A stretch of 64,000 nucleotides of DNA from the NCBI GenBank assembly GCA_024704765.1, contig JAKMXF010000022.1, forward strand, positions 372,001 to 436,000. The letters are read 5' to 3'. The notes below the pieces were generated by a model. The model searched no databases. It was not told where the DNA came from and worked only from the letters and a program-made list of their open reading frames with translations. Position 1 is the first letter of the stretch. Each line of letters begins with the position of its first letter. This stretch comes from Oopsacas minuta (taxonomy: Eukaryota; Animalia; Porifera). Of this stretch, positions 46,622 to 61,600 are shown piece after piece. Both the position numbers and the translations under genes were made by a program.

Positions 46622-49600
46622 ATGGTGGACCGTTTGGCTGCCATTTTTTTGCTATTTTTGGCAATATTGTCTTCATTTGGTAAGTTTTGTATACAATAGA
46701 AACAATTCGTCTAAAATCAAATTTTTTGCATGATTGCAAAAGTCGCTTATTAGCAAAGAAAATTCTTGCAAAAATACGATTTGCTGATAGGCAGTTTTAA
46801 TTGTACTGATATTAATTAGTCGTTATTTCAATACGTAAGAGCTAAAGGTTCGTCGCTTTGCGATGAACTCGACGCATTGCGCCTCGAGGTATCCATTATT
46901 TTCCCAATTGACGGCTCCTTTGAGTATTATAATATTGATATATTTAGAACAATGTAATTCACAAATATACATATATGGCATGGCGTATATGTTAATGAAA
47001 ATATTTTTGGAAGATCAACATCCTTTGTAGCCGTTAAGGTGAAGTATCTACTTAAATTTGGAGATTTTGCAAATTTGTTTCCTTTATATTCATAAAAACA
47101 ACAATAAATTTACATATGAGAACCTTGAAAATGCGAAATTCGGTTTCAGCATACTTAGTTACCCCTGGGTAGCTGTTTAGAGCACCCCTGCATGTATTTT
47201 TTGAAATTTTGCTAATTTGTTTACTTTACATTCATAGAAACAACATTAAATTTACATATGATTAATCCAAAAGTGTGAAATTCGGATTCAGCATGTTTGA
47301 TATATTTAGTGAAGTTTTATTGAATTCTATATACTTCCTTGATAAACACAATAAATACATAGTTATACGACTATTTCAACTTTGCATACCGAAAATCTTT
47401 CCTTGACAACGGACAAACAAACACAATCAAACAAACAATCATTGATATTTAATAATATAGATTTAGTTAATTATATTTATGTGTTAATTACTACAATCGA
47501 ATATATTTGTAGTTGGGCCTTCAGCTATTCCTGGTTGTCCTACTTGTGACTTACTATTCAATGGCACATGTTACTCCCATTTCTCAGACCTTAAAACCTG
47601 GCATGATGCCAACTCTAGTTGCTACGATTGGGGAGGGAATCTTGTATCTAACTATCCTTACCATTTCTCCATCCTACACGATTCTACAAACTCATGGAAT
47701 AGTCAAAAGTCAGATAGACTATGTGGCTATTATACTGCAGACGGAGAGTTAAGTTCTATTGATTGCTCCCGGAATTTTACTTATGGTTGCATTCGACCAA
47801 GTAAGCTATTTTAATTTATTTATTTCCTTATTATACAGTACGTAATTATTTATTCTGAACTTTACGTTTGCGTAAAATTCTAGGAATAGAGTATCAAATA
47901 ATATAATAAATTGCTTCTACCTGAATCGACATACTATGTAATTAGCTATATGCTTTCACTTGTGTAATAATACCACATAAATCAATCCCCTACTAATTGC
48001 CATTTCATAATATTTTATATATTAGCCACACCCAAGTCAATCTGCTGGTATTCATTAGAATTATAAAAGAATTAATGTATGAATTAATTTATCTTACACT
48101 TCAACATGTCTTGTTCCAACCCACTACATGATGTAATACCCAATGATAATAATTGGCAATCCTTTATTCCTTACAATATGCATTTTTCAATGGGTTAATG
48201 ACTGTTATCTTTTAGTATCCTGCAATACTGAATGTGAACTGTTCTATGATGGTAGATGTTATAGTGGAAACTTTAGTGTTACAAGGACACACACTCAAGC
48301 TGCAGATTCTTGCGTGGAAAGTGGTAGTTACCTAGCATCCATTCTGTCTCCACTTATTCCACAAATATTCCAAGCTTTGGATCGAATTTACTGGATTGGA
48401 TTGCGAGATATATTTTCCAATGAAACATTTGAATGGATAGACGGATCTGAGGTTGTCTATACGAATTTCTATTATAATTTGAATTATACAAATACCACTT
48501 CTAATTCTACAAATATGCCAGTGACTGAATGCATATTGGCAGGGTATGAAGGTTCTCGAAACTGGACTTATGCTGATTGCGATTCGACATATAGTTATCT
48601 TTGCAGTGCTGGAGGTATGCTTAAAAACTAATAATATTATACCTTTTCATGCTCACATATTCTTGTTTATTTTGCTATAATTTCTATTTTTCAGTTATAA
48701 CAAGTCCTCCTTACAATTTCGCCTCATCTGCTATTACTGACTCCTCCTTACTACTATCATGGGATGAAATACCATTAATCGATAGATTTGCTCCGATCCT
48801 AGGATACATAGTTGAATATTACGGTATATCTTCAGATGCAACAGAGAGAAAAATTCAATTTGAATCCGATTCACTGAATGTAACAGTCGACGATTTACAG
48901 TCCAATGTGACATACAACTTCACAATAAGAGCGAATGGCGTACTAGGGGATGGTCCTGTTTCCGACATACAAATCACTACACCATTTAAAGGTATATTTT
49001 ACTACATTTATTGTTTTGCTTAGTAAATTATTAATGTATTGCTTTAGAGCTCACTACTTCAATAAGAAACCTGACTCAACTTTTTGTAACTTCAACTACA
49101 TCTGTTATCCAATGGTTAAGGCCCGTCCTGACGCCAGCACATGGAAGTATACAGAGTTACACTATAGAAGTACTTGATCAAGATGATGAGCTATTGATAC
49201 AGAGCACTAGTGTTTATACATCTTACTCTATTTCTGACCTATCTCCTTACTCTAACTATTCTGTAGAAGTATATGCTAATTCAACTGCTGGACAGAGTCC
49301 ATCTGCAACTATTCAGATACAGACTTTAGAAGATGGTACGTAATATGGTTATTTTAACTATTGTACAACTATTAAATGTTTATTGTATCCACTAGTTCCA
49401 TCAACCGGTCCGAGAAACTTTACACTTTCAACTCTGAACTCTACAGCTCTGCAAGCTAGCTGGTCTCCCCCTCTCATTTCTGATAGGAATGGGGTTATAA
49501 CCACATACTATATCACTGTGACCGTAGCTAGCCAGGAGGTGTACATGACAGAACGTAATATACAAGTATCAGAAAGTGTATCGAGTGTTGAGTTGTCAGG

Positions 49601-52600
49601 ACTTGAAGAGTATACGCGGTATGGTGTTGTACTTACTGCAGCAACCAGTGTAGGAAAAGGACCAGAAATCAATGCTACTGCAAGAACGGATGCTGCTGGT
49701 ATGTAATCCACATCTTCCATTGGTATGTCTACATAAATAATTTATTATTCAATTTACTTTAGTGCCCACTGGAGAAGTACAAAATTTGACAGTTATAGAA
49801 GTAGATAGCAGAGGAGTGGTCGTGTCCTGGAGTCCCCCAGCTGTGAGTCTTCAGAACGGTGAGATAAACGGGTACAGGATAGTGACGAGAAGAGATTCTA
49901 CAGTAGTGTTGAACATCACTACAACATCTGCATGCTACTCCATATCAGATCTATACCCTCATATTAACTACAGTGTGAGTGTATCTCCTATAAATTCTGA
50001 AGGAGAAGGACCTTCTCTTTCAATCTACCAATACACTGAATCTGAAGGTAAATATTCATTCGACAATTAACTACTAAACTATATTTACTAAAATTTATTA
50101 ATATTAATTTTATTTGGGATTTTCTAAGAATCTTTCTGTGAAGAACGGATGAGATTTCGCCACTTTCCCTTTCCCGAAAAAGCTCTCTATTTTCGGATTA
50201 TCGTTGTCTTCCTCATCTTCCCATTCTACTTGGTATGCTTTTTCGAGCTTTTTTCGACAAGTTGACCATCCAAACCGCACAATATTTGGGTATCCAAATA
50301 CTTTATCCAAATTTCCACTCAGCCATGCTTTAGTATTAGGATCCCCGGTATAGCCTGATCCTAGTTTACTAGTAAAATTCACATTTTCTTTGAACACCCA
50401 ATTATCTAAGCACCAATCCCTAACAACTTTAGCACAAATACTAGCAGCTCCAACTATAGGAAACTTGCTATCAGCTTTTATATGTACTTCTATCTTGAAC
50501 TTTCCCTCGAATTCTTTGTTGAGTTTCTTTTCATAAGACTTAGCGTCCCCTACCGTATCCAACAACACCAAAGAGATATTAACTCCTCTCTCTAACAATC
50601 TTCTAATCATTCTAATTGCAGTGTTATGAGAGATTACATTGAGATTAATTTTGTCTCGAGCAAGCATACAATTTGAGATATAATTGGGGCTGAGAACCTC
50701 AACTCCTCTCCCTATCATACCCGATTGTTGGATCATAATTTGCATAAGTGTATCTCTTTTAGATGGTTTTAATTCTTTAGAATCAGCGAAACCCAACGAA
50801 GCTAAGGTATCTGTTTTAGAAACAGGACAGTAACATATCCCATATACCATTGGTCCTAATACCGGTCCTCTTCCTGCTTCATCTATCCCAACAATACAAC
50901 TTTCTTTGAATGTAACATCTGGTGATTCTGGGAACAATTCCAAATTATGACCCCTGTTGTATTCTTCTTCCCTATGGTTCTTATAGAATTCTCCTAGTAT
51001 GTTTGTTTGATTTGAGATTAATTCATCTCTTCCTTGTGTACTGCATTCATCATCTGTATAATTTGATTCCGCACTATCGTACCCAGCTGCCATAAATCAA
51101 ATATGTGTAACACGCGCTTCGCATAAATACCTTAATTTGTATGATTATTCTGGTTTAGTATCAACTAATTGATGTTAAATTATTTAATATTAAAATGCCA
51201 TATTTAGGAATATTTGTGCCTGGAATTATTTCTTACAGTTTTGCTTATAGACAGCATTTTTTCTATTACATAATTATGTCGATCCGTTTGCATACAACAA
51301 TACTACAGGTGGCAAATGATTGGATTATGAAAATGTATTGCTAGTGGTTACGAAGTGGTTCTATTCAAACATTGTAAGCTTTGAATCGTAAATCATTGAA
51401 ATTTTAGATTTACACATCATCAGTAGACCATACAACTAATCAGAAAATAATTAATCCAAAATAGTAAACTAACCTTGGATATACTAAGAATAATGAAAGT
51501 CATGTATACTACTTTAGGAAATACGGACTTGGGAATTTCACATAATTGTGTACAACAATACTGTTTTACGTATGAATATTACCATATTTTGCAGTTCCAT
51601 CATCTACAGTCCGTAACCTGACTGCTGTACCTAGTTCCAGTTCCATTACAGTAAGCTGGTATGAACCAATCATGGATGACTTGAATGGTGTACCAACTTA
51701 CTACACACTGAGATACTCTGGAGTTGAGTTTCAGAGTGAAGAGAAGACAGTTGTAGTCAACTACACTTCTTCTGGAAATGAGACTGTCTCTCTAACTGGT
51801 TTAGAGGCTTACACAATGTACGAGATATCCGTTACTTTGTCTACCAGTATTGGAGAGGGAGATCCTGCAAATATTGATATTCGAACACTGGAGACAGTTC
51901 CCACTGGTACACCCACCGATCTCAACACTAATGTCCTCTCTGCTAACATCATCAGTGTGACATGGGGTCATCCTATCTCCATTGACCAGAACGGAGTGAT
52001 CACTGAATACACTCTGACATACAGAGGCGTGGAACGAGACACAACATCTCGTGAAGTAACTCTCTATTCAAATGATACATTCTTTACTAACTACATTCTA
52101 TCAGAACTTGATGAACACACAAACTACAACATTTCTGTATCAGCCAGTACATCTGTTGGAAGGGGTCCGGTCTCTTCTCTCCAAACAATAACAGATCAAG
52201 ATGGTGAGACTACTGACTTAATTATATTTATTAAATTCTATTCTGATCATTTATCCTATTTCTATTCTTGTAGTTCCTTCTGCTGCCCCTAACAACGTTG
52301 CAACTAGTGTAGTTAACTCTACAGCCATTCTCTTAACATGGGATGCTCCAGACCTCTCTGATAGAAATGGAATCCTCCTCTACTACACACTGACTTACTT
52401 CGGTGTAGAATTGGATCAAATAGTACGAGTAGTTAATTACACCATTGAAGGTTCTAATCACTCCAATCAGACATATGAATTCTCAGGACTACAGGAATAC
52501 ACTGTGTATGAGTTTACTGTTGCTAGTTATACTACAATTGGCAAAGGCACCGCAGCTACTATTGGTCAGAGGACTCTACAATCAGGTATTTAAATGTTTA

Positions 52601-55600
52601 TATGTGTGTTTAGCTTAATTGTATCTATTTGTTGATTACCTAATTTTATCCAGGTGTGTAGAAGCGCCATTGGCTATGAATATTGATCTGTTTGAGCAAA
52701 CGTATATTCTTGTTGGAATTGTTGTTGCATTTTGGTTTCTATTTTGTTTTATACTTGTATCTTTAATCCTTGTCTTTTAGTTCCCAGTGCCCAGCCATCC
52801 AATCTGAATGTACAGATCCTATCGTCTTCAATCTTAATAGCAACTTGGTATGAACCTCCCTTCTCTGAACAGAACGGTATACTAACAAAGTACAGAATAA
52901 CATGGCGTGGTTTGGAGAGGGACACAGAAGTGAGACTAGAAGACATTCCAGTGAACAGTACCTCCAATACATCTTACGCATTGACTGATCTAGATGCATA
53001 CACAAACTATGAAGTGAATGTGAGTAGTTTCACTTCAGTAGGAGCTGGTCCAATCTCCAGTTATACAGTGACTACTCTACAAGATAGTGAGTTTAATTTG
53101 TTGATACATTTGTATTTTGGAATGTTGTATCATTCATTCTTTCTCTTTTAGTTCCTTCTTCATCTGTTCGTAATCTAACAACCTCAACAGAAGATCAGAA
53201 TGCTACATCGATCTTTGTTCGTTGGGAAGTACCAATCTTGAATGACCTGAATGGTATTCTAGTCAATTACTCCATCAACTACTCTGGTATAGAGATTGAT
53301 ACAGTTCCCAGAGTCATCTACTTGTCCAATCCTAATCTCACTAACCAATCTATAACTCTAATCGATCTGGAGGAATACACCACTTACTCAATCAATGTGT
53401 CAGCTTACACGAGAGTGGGCAAAGGTCCTGATGCTATCATCACACAAAGAACCAATCAAGATGGTGAGTGTTGTTTAGATAGATGTTTATTGTTTTGTTG
53501 ATTGTATTTTAACCATTCTTATTGTGTTCTAGCTCCATCTAGCATTCCTACATCCCTTCAAGCTACACCTCTCTCCCCCACCATCCTTAGCATCACCTGG
53601 GAGAATCCTGTCTATATCAATCAAAATGGTATCATCACTACCTACATACTGACTTATGAAGGCATAGAGAGAGACACACAGCTACGTACACTGACACTCC
53701 CTCAGACTAACCTCTCTCTCACCTGTCATAACTTGGATTCTCTTGAGGAGTATACCACTTACAAGATTTCGGTCTCAGCCTCTACCACTGTTGGAGCTGG
53801 ACCTGTTTCAAGAGTTACTGTGAGAACTCTTGAAAATGGTAAGACTTTAGTGATAGTATCCTCTATTATTATTTGCGGAAATACTTACCCCCGAGAATAC
53901 ATTTTGGTGCGTTTTACTGAAGAACATCTTATCCGAAATTTCTTCCTAACAATTATTAGAGTTTTGGAGAGAAATTCCGTATTACCGAAAGTAGGACTTT
54001 ACTCGATTACATATTACCTGAGTTATACTGTAGTTAATTCCATTTAATTATAACTCAGCTTAGCTTGACTTTTCAGAGCAGACGCGTCTTAGTCGAGTTG
54101 AGTCAACCTACAGATTATTGGCTAATCTCTTGTATTGTGTATCAACTGAAATTGAGCGAAACATATTGTATAGATCAGTTTTCGTTAAGACAATTATTCT
54201 CCTATTCTAACAAACAATATTTCTAGTTCCATCATCTACAGTCCGTAACCTAACTGCTGAATCTAGTTCCAGTTCCATTACGGTAGGCTGGTATGAACCA
54301 ATCATGAATGATTTGAATGGTGTACCCACTTACTACACACTGAGATACTCTGGAGTTGAGTTTCAGACTGAAGAGAAGACAGTTGTAGTCAACTACACTT
54401 CTTCTGGAAATGAGACTGTCTCTCTAACTGGTTTAGAGGCTTACACAATGTACGAGATATCCGTTACTTTGTCTACCAGTATTGGAGAGGGAGATCCTGC
54501 AAATATTGATATTCGAACACTGGAGACAGTTCCCACTGGTACACCCACCGATCTCAACACTAATGTCCTCTCTGCTAACATCATCAGTGTGACATGGGGT
54601 CATCCTATCTCCATTGACCAGAACGGAGTGATCACTGAATACACTCTGACATACAGAGGCGTGGAACGAGACACAACATCTCGTGAAGTAACTCTCTATT
54701 CAAATGATACATTCTTTACTAACTACATTCTATCAGAACTTGATGAACACACAAACTACAACATTTCTGTATCAGCCAGTACATCTGTTGGAAGGGGTCC
54801 GGTCTCTTCTCTCCAAACAATAACAGATCAAGATGGTGAGACTACTGACTTAATTATATTTATTAAATTCTATTCTGATCATTTATCCTATTTCTATTCT
54901 TGTAGTTCCTTCTGCTGCCCCTAACAACGTTGCAACTAGTGTAGTTAACTCTACAGCCATTCTCTTAACATGGGATGCTCCAGACCTCTCTGATAGAAAT
55001 GGAATCCTCCTCTACTACACACTGACTTACTTCGGTGTAGAATTGGATCAAATAGTACGAGTAGTTAATTACACCATTGAAGGTTCTAATCACTCCAATC
55101 AGACATACGAATTCTCAGGTCTACAGGAATACACTGTGTATGAGTTTACTGTTGCTAGTTATACTACAATTGGCAAAGGCACCGCAGCTACTATTGGTCA
55201 GAGGACTCTACAATCAGGTATTTAAATGTTTATATGTGTGTTTAGCTTAATTGTATCTATTTGTTGATTACCTAATTTTATCCAGGTGTGTAGAAGCGCC
55301 ATTGGCTATGAATATTGATCTGTTTGAGCAAACGTATATTCTTGTTGGAATTGTTGTTGCATTTTGGTTTCTATTTTGTTTTATACTTGTATCTTTAATC
55401 CTTGTCTTTTAGTTCCCAGTGCCCAGCCATCCAATCTGAATGTACAGATCCTATCGTCTTCAATCTTAATAGCAACTTGGTATGAACCTCCCTTCTCTGA
55501 ACAGAACGGTATACTAACAAAGTACAGAATAACATGGCGTGGTTTGGAGAGGGACACAGAAGTAAGACTAGAAGACATTCCAGTGAACAGTACCTCCAAT

Positions 55601-58600
55601 ACATCTTACGCATTGACTGATCTAGATGCATACACAAACTATGAAGTGAATGTGAGTAGTTTCACTTCAGTAGGAGCTGGTCCAATCTCCAGTTATACAG
55701 TGACTACTCTACAAGATAGTGAGTTTAATTTGTTGATACATTTGTATTTTGGAATGTTGTATCATTCATTCTTTCTCTTTTAGTTCCTTCTTCATCTGTT
55801 CGTAATCTAACAACCTCAACAGAAGATCAGAATGCTACATCGATCTTTGTTCGTTGGGAAGTACCAATCTTGAATGACCTGAATGGTATTCTAGTCAATT
55901 ACTCCATCAACTACTCTGGTATAGAGATTGATACAGTTCCCAGAGTCATCTACTTGTCCAATCCTAATCTCACTAACCAATCTATAACTCTAATCGATCT
56001 GGAGGAATACACCACTTACTCAATCAATGTGTCAGCTTACACGAGAGTGGGCAAAGGTCCTGATGCTATCATCACACAAAGAACCAATCAAGATGGTGAG
56101 TGTTGTTTAGATAGATGTTTATTGTTTTGTTGATTGTATTTTAACCATTCTTATTGTGTTCTAGCTCCATCTAGCATTCCTACATCCCTTCAAGCTACAC
56201 CTCTCTCCCCCACCATCCTTAGCATCACCTGGGAGAATCCTGTCTATATCAATCAAAATGGTATCATCACTACCTACATACTGACTTATGAAGGCATAGA
56301 GAGAGACACACAGCTACGTACACTGACACTCCCTCAGACTAACCTCTCTCTCACCTGTCATAACTTGGATTCTCTTGAGGAGTATACCACTTACAAGATT
56401 TCGGTCTCAGCCTCTACCACTGTTGGAGCTGGACCTGTTTCAAGAGTTACTGTGAGAACTCTTGAAAATGGTAAGACTTTAGTGATAGTATCCTCTATTA
56501 TTATTTGCGGAAATACTTACCCCCGAGAATACATTTTGGTGCGTTTTACTGAAGAACATCTTATCCGAAATTTCTTCCTAACAATTATTAGAGTTTTGGA
56601 GAGAAATTCCGTATTACCGAAAGTAGGACTTTACTCGATTACATATTACCTGAGTTATACTGTAGTTAATTCCATTTAATTATAACTCAGCTTAGCTTGA
56701 CTTTTCAGAGCAGACGCGTCTTAGTCGAGTTGAGTCAACCTACAGATTATTGGCTAATCTCTTGTATTGTGTATCAACTGAAATTGAGCGAAACATATTG
56801 TATAGATCAGTTTTCGTTAAGACAATTATTCTCCTATTCTAACAAACAATATTTCTAGTTCCATCATCTACAGTCCGTAACCTAACTGCTGAATCTAGTT
56901 CCAGTTCCATTACGGTAGGCTGGTATGAACCAATCATGAATGATTTGAATGGTGTACCCACTTACTACACACTGAGATACTCTGGAGTTGAGTTTCAGAC
57001 TGAAGAGAAGACAGTTGTAGTCAACTACACTTCTTCTGGAAATGAGACTGTCTCTCTAACTGGTTTAGAGGCTTACACAATGTACGAGATATCCGTTACT
57101 TTGTCTACCAGTATTGGAGAGGGAGATCCTGCAAATATTGATATTCGAACACTGGAGACAGTTCCCACTGGTACACCCACCGATCTCAACACTAATGTCC
57201 TCTCTGCTAACATCATCAGTGTGACATGGGGTCATCCTATCTCCATTGACCAGAACGGAGTGATCACTGAATACACTCTGACATACAGAGGCGTGGAACG
57301 AGACACAACATCTCGTGAAGTAACTCTCTATTCAAATGATACATTCTTTACTAACTACATTCTATCAGAACTTGATGAACACACAAACTACAACATTTCT
57401 GTATCAGCCAGTACATCTGTTGGAAGGGGTCCGGTCTCTTCTCTCCAAACAATAACAGATCAAGATGGTGAGACTACTGACTTAATTATATTTATTAAAT
57501 TCTATTCTGATCATTTATCCTATTTCTATTCTTGTAGTTCCTTCTGCTGCCCCTAACAACGTTGCAACTAGTGTAGTTAACTCTACAGCCATTCTCTTAA
57601 CATGGGATGCTCCAGACCTCTCTGATAGAAATGGAATCCTCCTCTACTACACACTGACTTACTTCGGTGTAGAATTGGATCAAATAGTACGAGTAGTTAA
57701 TTACACCATTGAAGGTTCTAATCACTCCAATCAGACATATGAATTCTCAGGACTACAGGAATACACTGTGTATGAGTTTACTGTTGCTAGTTATACTACA
57801 ATTGGCAAAGGCACCGCAGCTACTATTGGTCAGAGGACTCTACAATCAGGTACTTCGTTATTTATGTTTGTTTGACCATCATTATGTCTGTTCAGTTTTT
57901 ATCACCACATTTCTTCTGGAGTGCTAGAGGGCAAGTGATTGTCAGGATTCATGTAGTATACATTCGGAATATCCCGTATGCTATAGTATTTCCATTATCC
58001 CTATTGTTTCAGAGTGTAAATAGGAACACAAATGCGTTTTTTTACTCTAATAGTAATCATCGTTCACTATTTTGATACTAATTGCATATTACTCTTTTCT
58101 TAATACTACATCCTTGTCTTTTTAGTACCTACTGCTCAGCCATCTGAATTTAATGTACAGATCCTATCGTCTTCAATTTTAATAGTAACTTGGTATGAAC
58201 CTCCCTTTTCTGAACAGAACGGTATACTAACAAAGTACAGAGTAACATGGCGTGGTTTGGAGAGAGATAGAGAAGTGAGACTAGAAGACATTCCAGTGAA
58301 CAGTACCTCTAATACATCTTACGCATTGACTGATCTAGATGCATACACAAACTATGAAGTGAATGTGAGTAGTTTCACTTCAGTAGGAGCTGGTCCAATC
58401 TCCAGTTATACAGTGACTACTCTACAAGATAGTGAGTTTAATTTGTTGATATAATTGTATTTTGGAATGTTGTATCATTCATTCTTTCTCTATTAGTTCC
58501 TTCTTCATCTGTTCGTAACCTAACAACATCAACAGAAGATCAGAATGCTACATCGATCTTTGTTCGTTGGGAAGTACCAATCTTGAATGACCTGAATGGT

Positions 58601-61600
58601 ATTCTAGTCAATTACTCCATCAACTACTCTGGTATAGAGATTGATACAGTTCCCAGAGTCATCTACTTGTCCAATCCTAGTCCAACTAACCGATCTATTA
58701 CTCTAATCGATCTGGAGGAATACACCACTTACTCAATCAATGTGTCAGCTTACACGAGAGTGGGCAAAGGTCCTGATGCTATCATCACACAAAGAACCAA
58801 TCAAGATGGTGAGTATCCTTTGCTTTCTTTTCATGATTTGTTGTGATAACATTGATTTATGAGTGACTTATTGTTTAGTTCCAACTGATATTCCCACTTC
58901 ATTCTCTGCTAATGCCATCTCTCCCAACATCATCAACACAACTTGGGAACCTCCAACAGCTTACCACTTGGGTGGAGTTATCACATCCTACACACTGACC
59001 TATGCTGGAAGAGAGAGACACTCTCTCCTAAAAACTAAAGTCCTTACTGTCCTGGATGGTAGTATTTACATTACTCCTGCTCTGACTGATTTACAAGAGG
59101 ACACTCATTACTTGATATCTGTTCGAGCTAACACGAGTGTAGGAGCAGGACCTTGGACTACTCTGACTGTACACACCCCTGAAGATGGTGAGTTAATGTG
59201 ATTTCGGCATTCTACACATTTGTTGCTTTTAGTACAATTTTTCACTTTTCTTATATATCGTCATCTTGGTTCTCTAGAGTCTCTATTATTCAATGTTTCC
59301 AAAACGTTAGTAATTCTTATTGTACAAGGCCTTTTTACCTGATTCTTTTGAAATTCCTCCTCAGATTCAACCAGAGACGACGCTAATGTAGGGCCAGTTT
59401 GGACCTGTGCCCTCTTATTAATATTAGTATGCCTCAGTTTAATTACCCGTGCCCCACCAGAAGCGGCTAGCTATCGTCGCCACTGGCTTCAACTAATCGA
59501 TTTTCGATTAGAAATTTGATGGAGAGGCATAAGTACTCAGCGTAATGGTTAATATTTTTCAAATATGTTCTACTAATTCTTCTGGATAAATGCATTTCTG
59601 TATTGTTCAATAGAATCCGAAAGATTCTTTCTTCGATGATCCAGCATTATTCGTGCATGCATAAATCTAAAATGTTCGATTCATAAAGTGATTTCTACAG
59701 TATTCGATTATTTCATACTATGAAACATTAACGACTTGATAACCAAGTCCATGCATTGTGGAGACCTTCAAAACTTCGATCCACGATTTCCGATTAGCAT
59801 ATATCTACCTTGTTAATTCGCAATATATAGATTCTGTATAACATGCATTTTTGCCAGCAAATCTTTTGCCGTTGTAAAAGTTTTAATTGTATATATTTTT
59901 GAAAGCAATGTTTACACATAACTGAGCAAAGTTATCTGTGTTTATTGTTGAGAAATGTTTTCCTAAATCCTATAGTGCCCTCCTCATCTGTTCGCGAGCT
60001 AACAACATCAACTGAAAACCTTAATGCTACTTCCATCTTTGTCAGTTGGGAAGTACCAATTTTGAATGATCTGAATGGTATTCTAGTCAATTACTCCATC
60101 AACTACTCTGGTATAGAGATTGATACAGTTCCCAGAGTCATCTACTTGTCCAATCCTAATCTCACCAACCAATCTATTACTCTAATCGATCTGGAGGAAT
60201 ACACCACTTACTCTATTAATGTGTCAGCTTACACAATAGTGGGTAAAGGTCCTGATGCTATCATCACACAAAGAACCAATCAAGATGGTGAGTGTTGTTT
60301 AGATAGATGTTTTTTGTTTTGTTAACTTGTATTTTAACCATTTTTATTGTGTTCTAGCTCCATCTAGCATTCCTACATCCCTTCAAGCTACACCTCTCTC
60401 CCCTACCATCCTCAGCATCACCTGGGAGAATCCTGTCTATATCAATCAAAATGGTATCATCACTACCTACACACTGACTTATGAGGGGATAGAGAGAGAC
60501 ACACAGCCACGTACACTGACACTCCCCCAGACTGACCTCTCTCTCACCTGTCATAACTTGGACTTTCTTGAAGAAGACACTACTTACTATATAACAGTCT
60601 CTGCTTCCACTTCTGTAGGATCTGGACCTGATACAAGTATATTCATGAGTACACTTGAGAGTGGTAAGAATTTTTAATACCATATTTATGGATATGACGC
60701 ATCCCCTTGGGAATCAAAATTTTGTATGTTTTAACCCAACTAAAACTTTTCCCAATGTTATTCCTAGCCAAACAATTAGTAGAGGAATCGATAATCTGTT
60801 TTAGGGAAATATCTTTATTCACTGTTTAGAACAGATGTGTCTTAGTTACACGGAGTCGGCTATATTTTTCAAATCTCTTGTACAGTTTATCTACTGAAAT
60901 TGAGCAAAAATAGTATAGTTCAGTTTTCGCTAAGATCATCAATCTCGTATTCTATTTTAAAAATCCCTATTTTGTAGTTCCATCATCTACAGTCCGTAAC
61001 CTAACTGCTGAACCTAGTTCCAGTTCCATTACAGTAAGCTGGTATGAACCAATCATGAATGATTTGAATGGTGTACCCACTTACTACACACTGAGATACT
61101 CTGGAGTTGAGTTTCAGACTGAAGAGAAGACAGTTGTAGTCAACTACACTTCTTCTGGAAATGAGACTGTCACTCTAACTGGTTTAGAGGCTTACACAGT
61201 ATACGAGATATCCGTTACTTTGTCTACCAGTATTGGAGAGGGAGATCCTGCAAATATCGATATTCGAACACTGGAGACAGTTCCCACTGGTACACCCACC
61301 AATCTCAACACTAATGTCCTCTCTGCTAACATCATCAGTGTGACATGGGGTCATCCTATCTCCATTGACCAGAACGGAGTGATCACTGAATACACTCTGA
61401 CATACAGAGGCGTGGAACGAGACACAACATCTCGTGAAGTAACTCTCTATTCAAATGATACATTCTTTACTAACTACATTCTATCAGAACTTGATGAACA
61501 CACAAACTACAACATTTCTGTATCAGCCAGTACATCTGTTGGAAGGGGTCCGGTCTCTTCTCTCCAAACAATAACAGATCAAGATGGTGAGACTACTGAC

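Noticed and set aside
47513-47752. 79-aa ORF
   Set aside because: Wrong frame; the same interval is the first C-type lectin exon in phase 1.
53839-54047. Open read-through from exon F into its intron as an alternative C-terminus
   Set aside because: Runs over degenerate MITE-like sequence and is not preserved in the more diverged F copy (stop at 60677).
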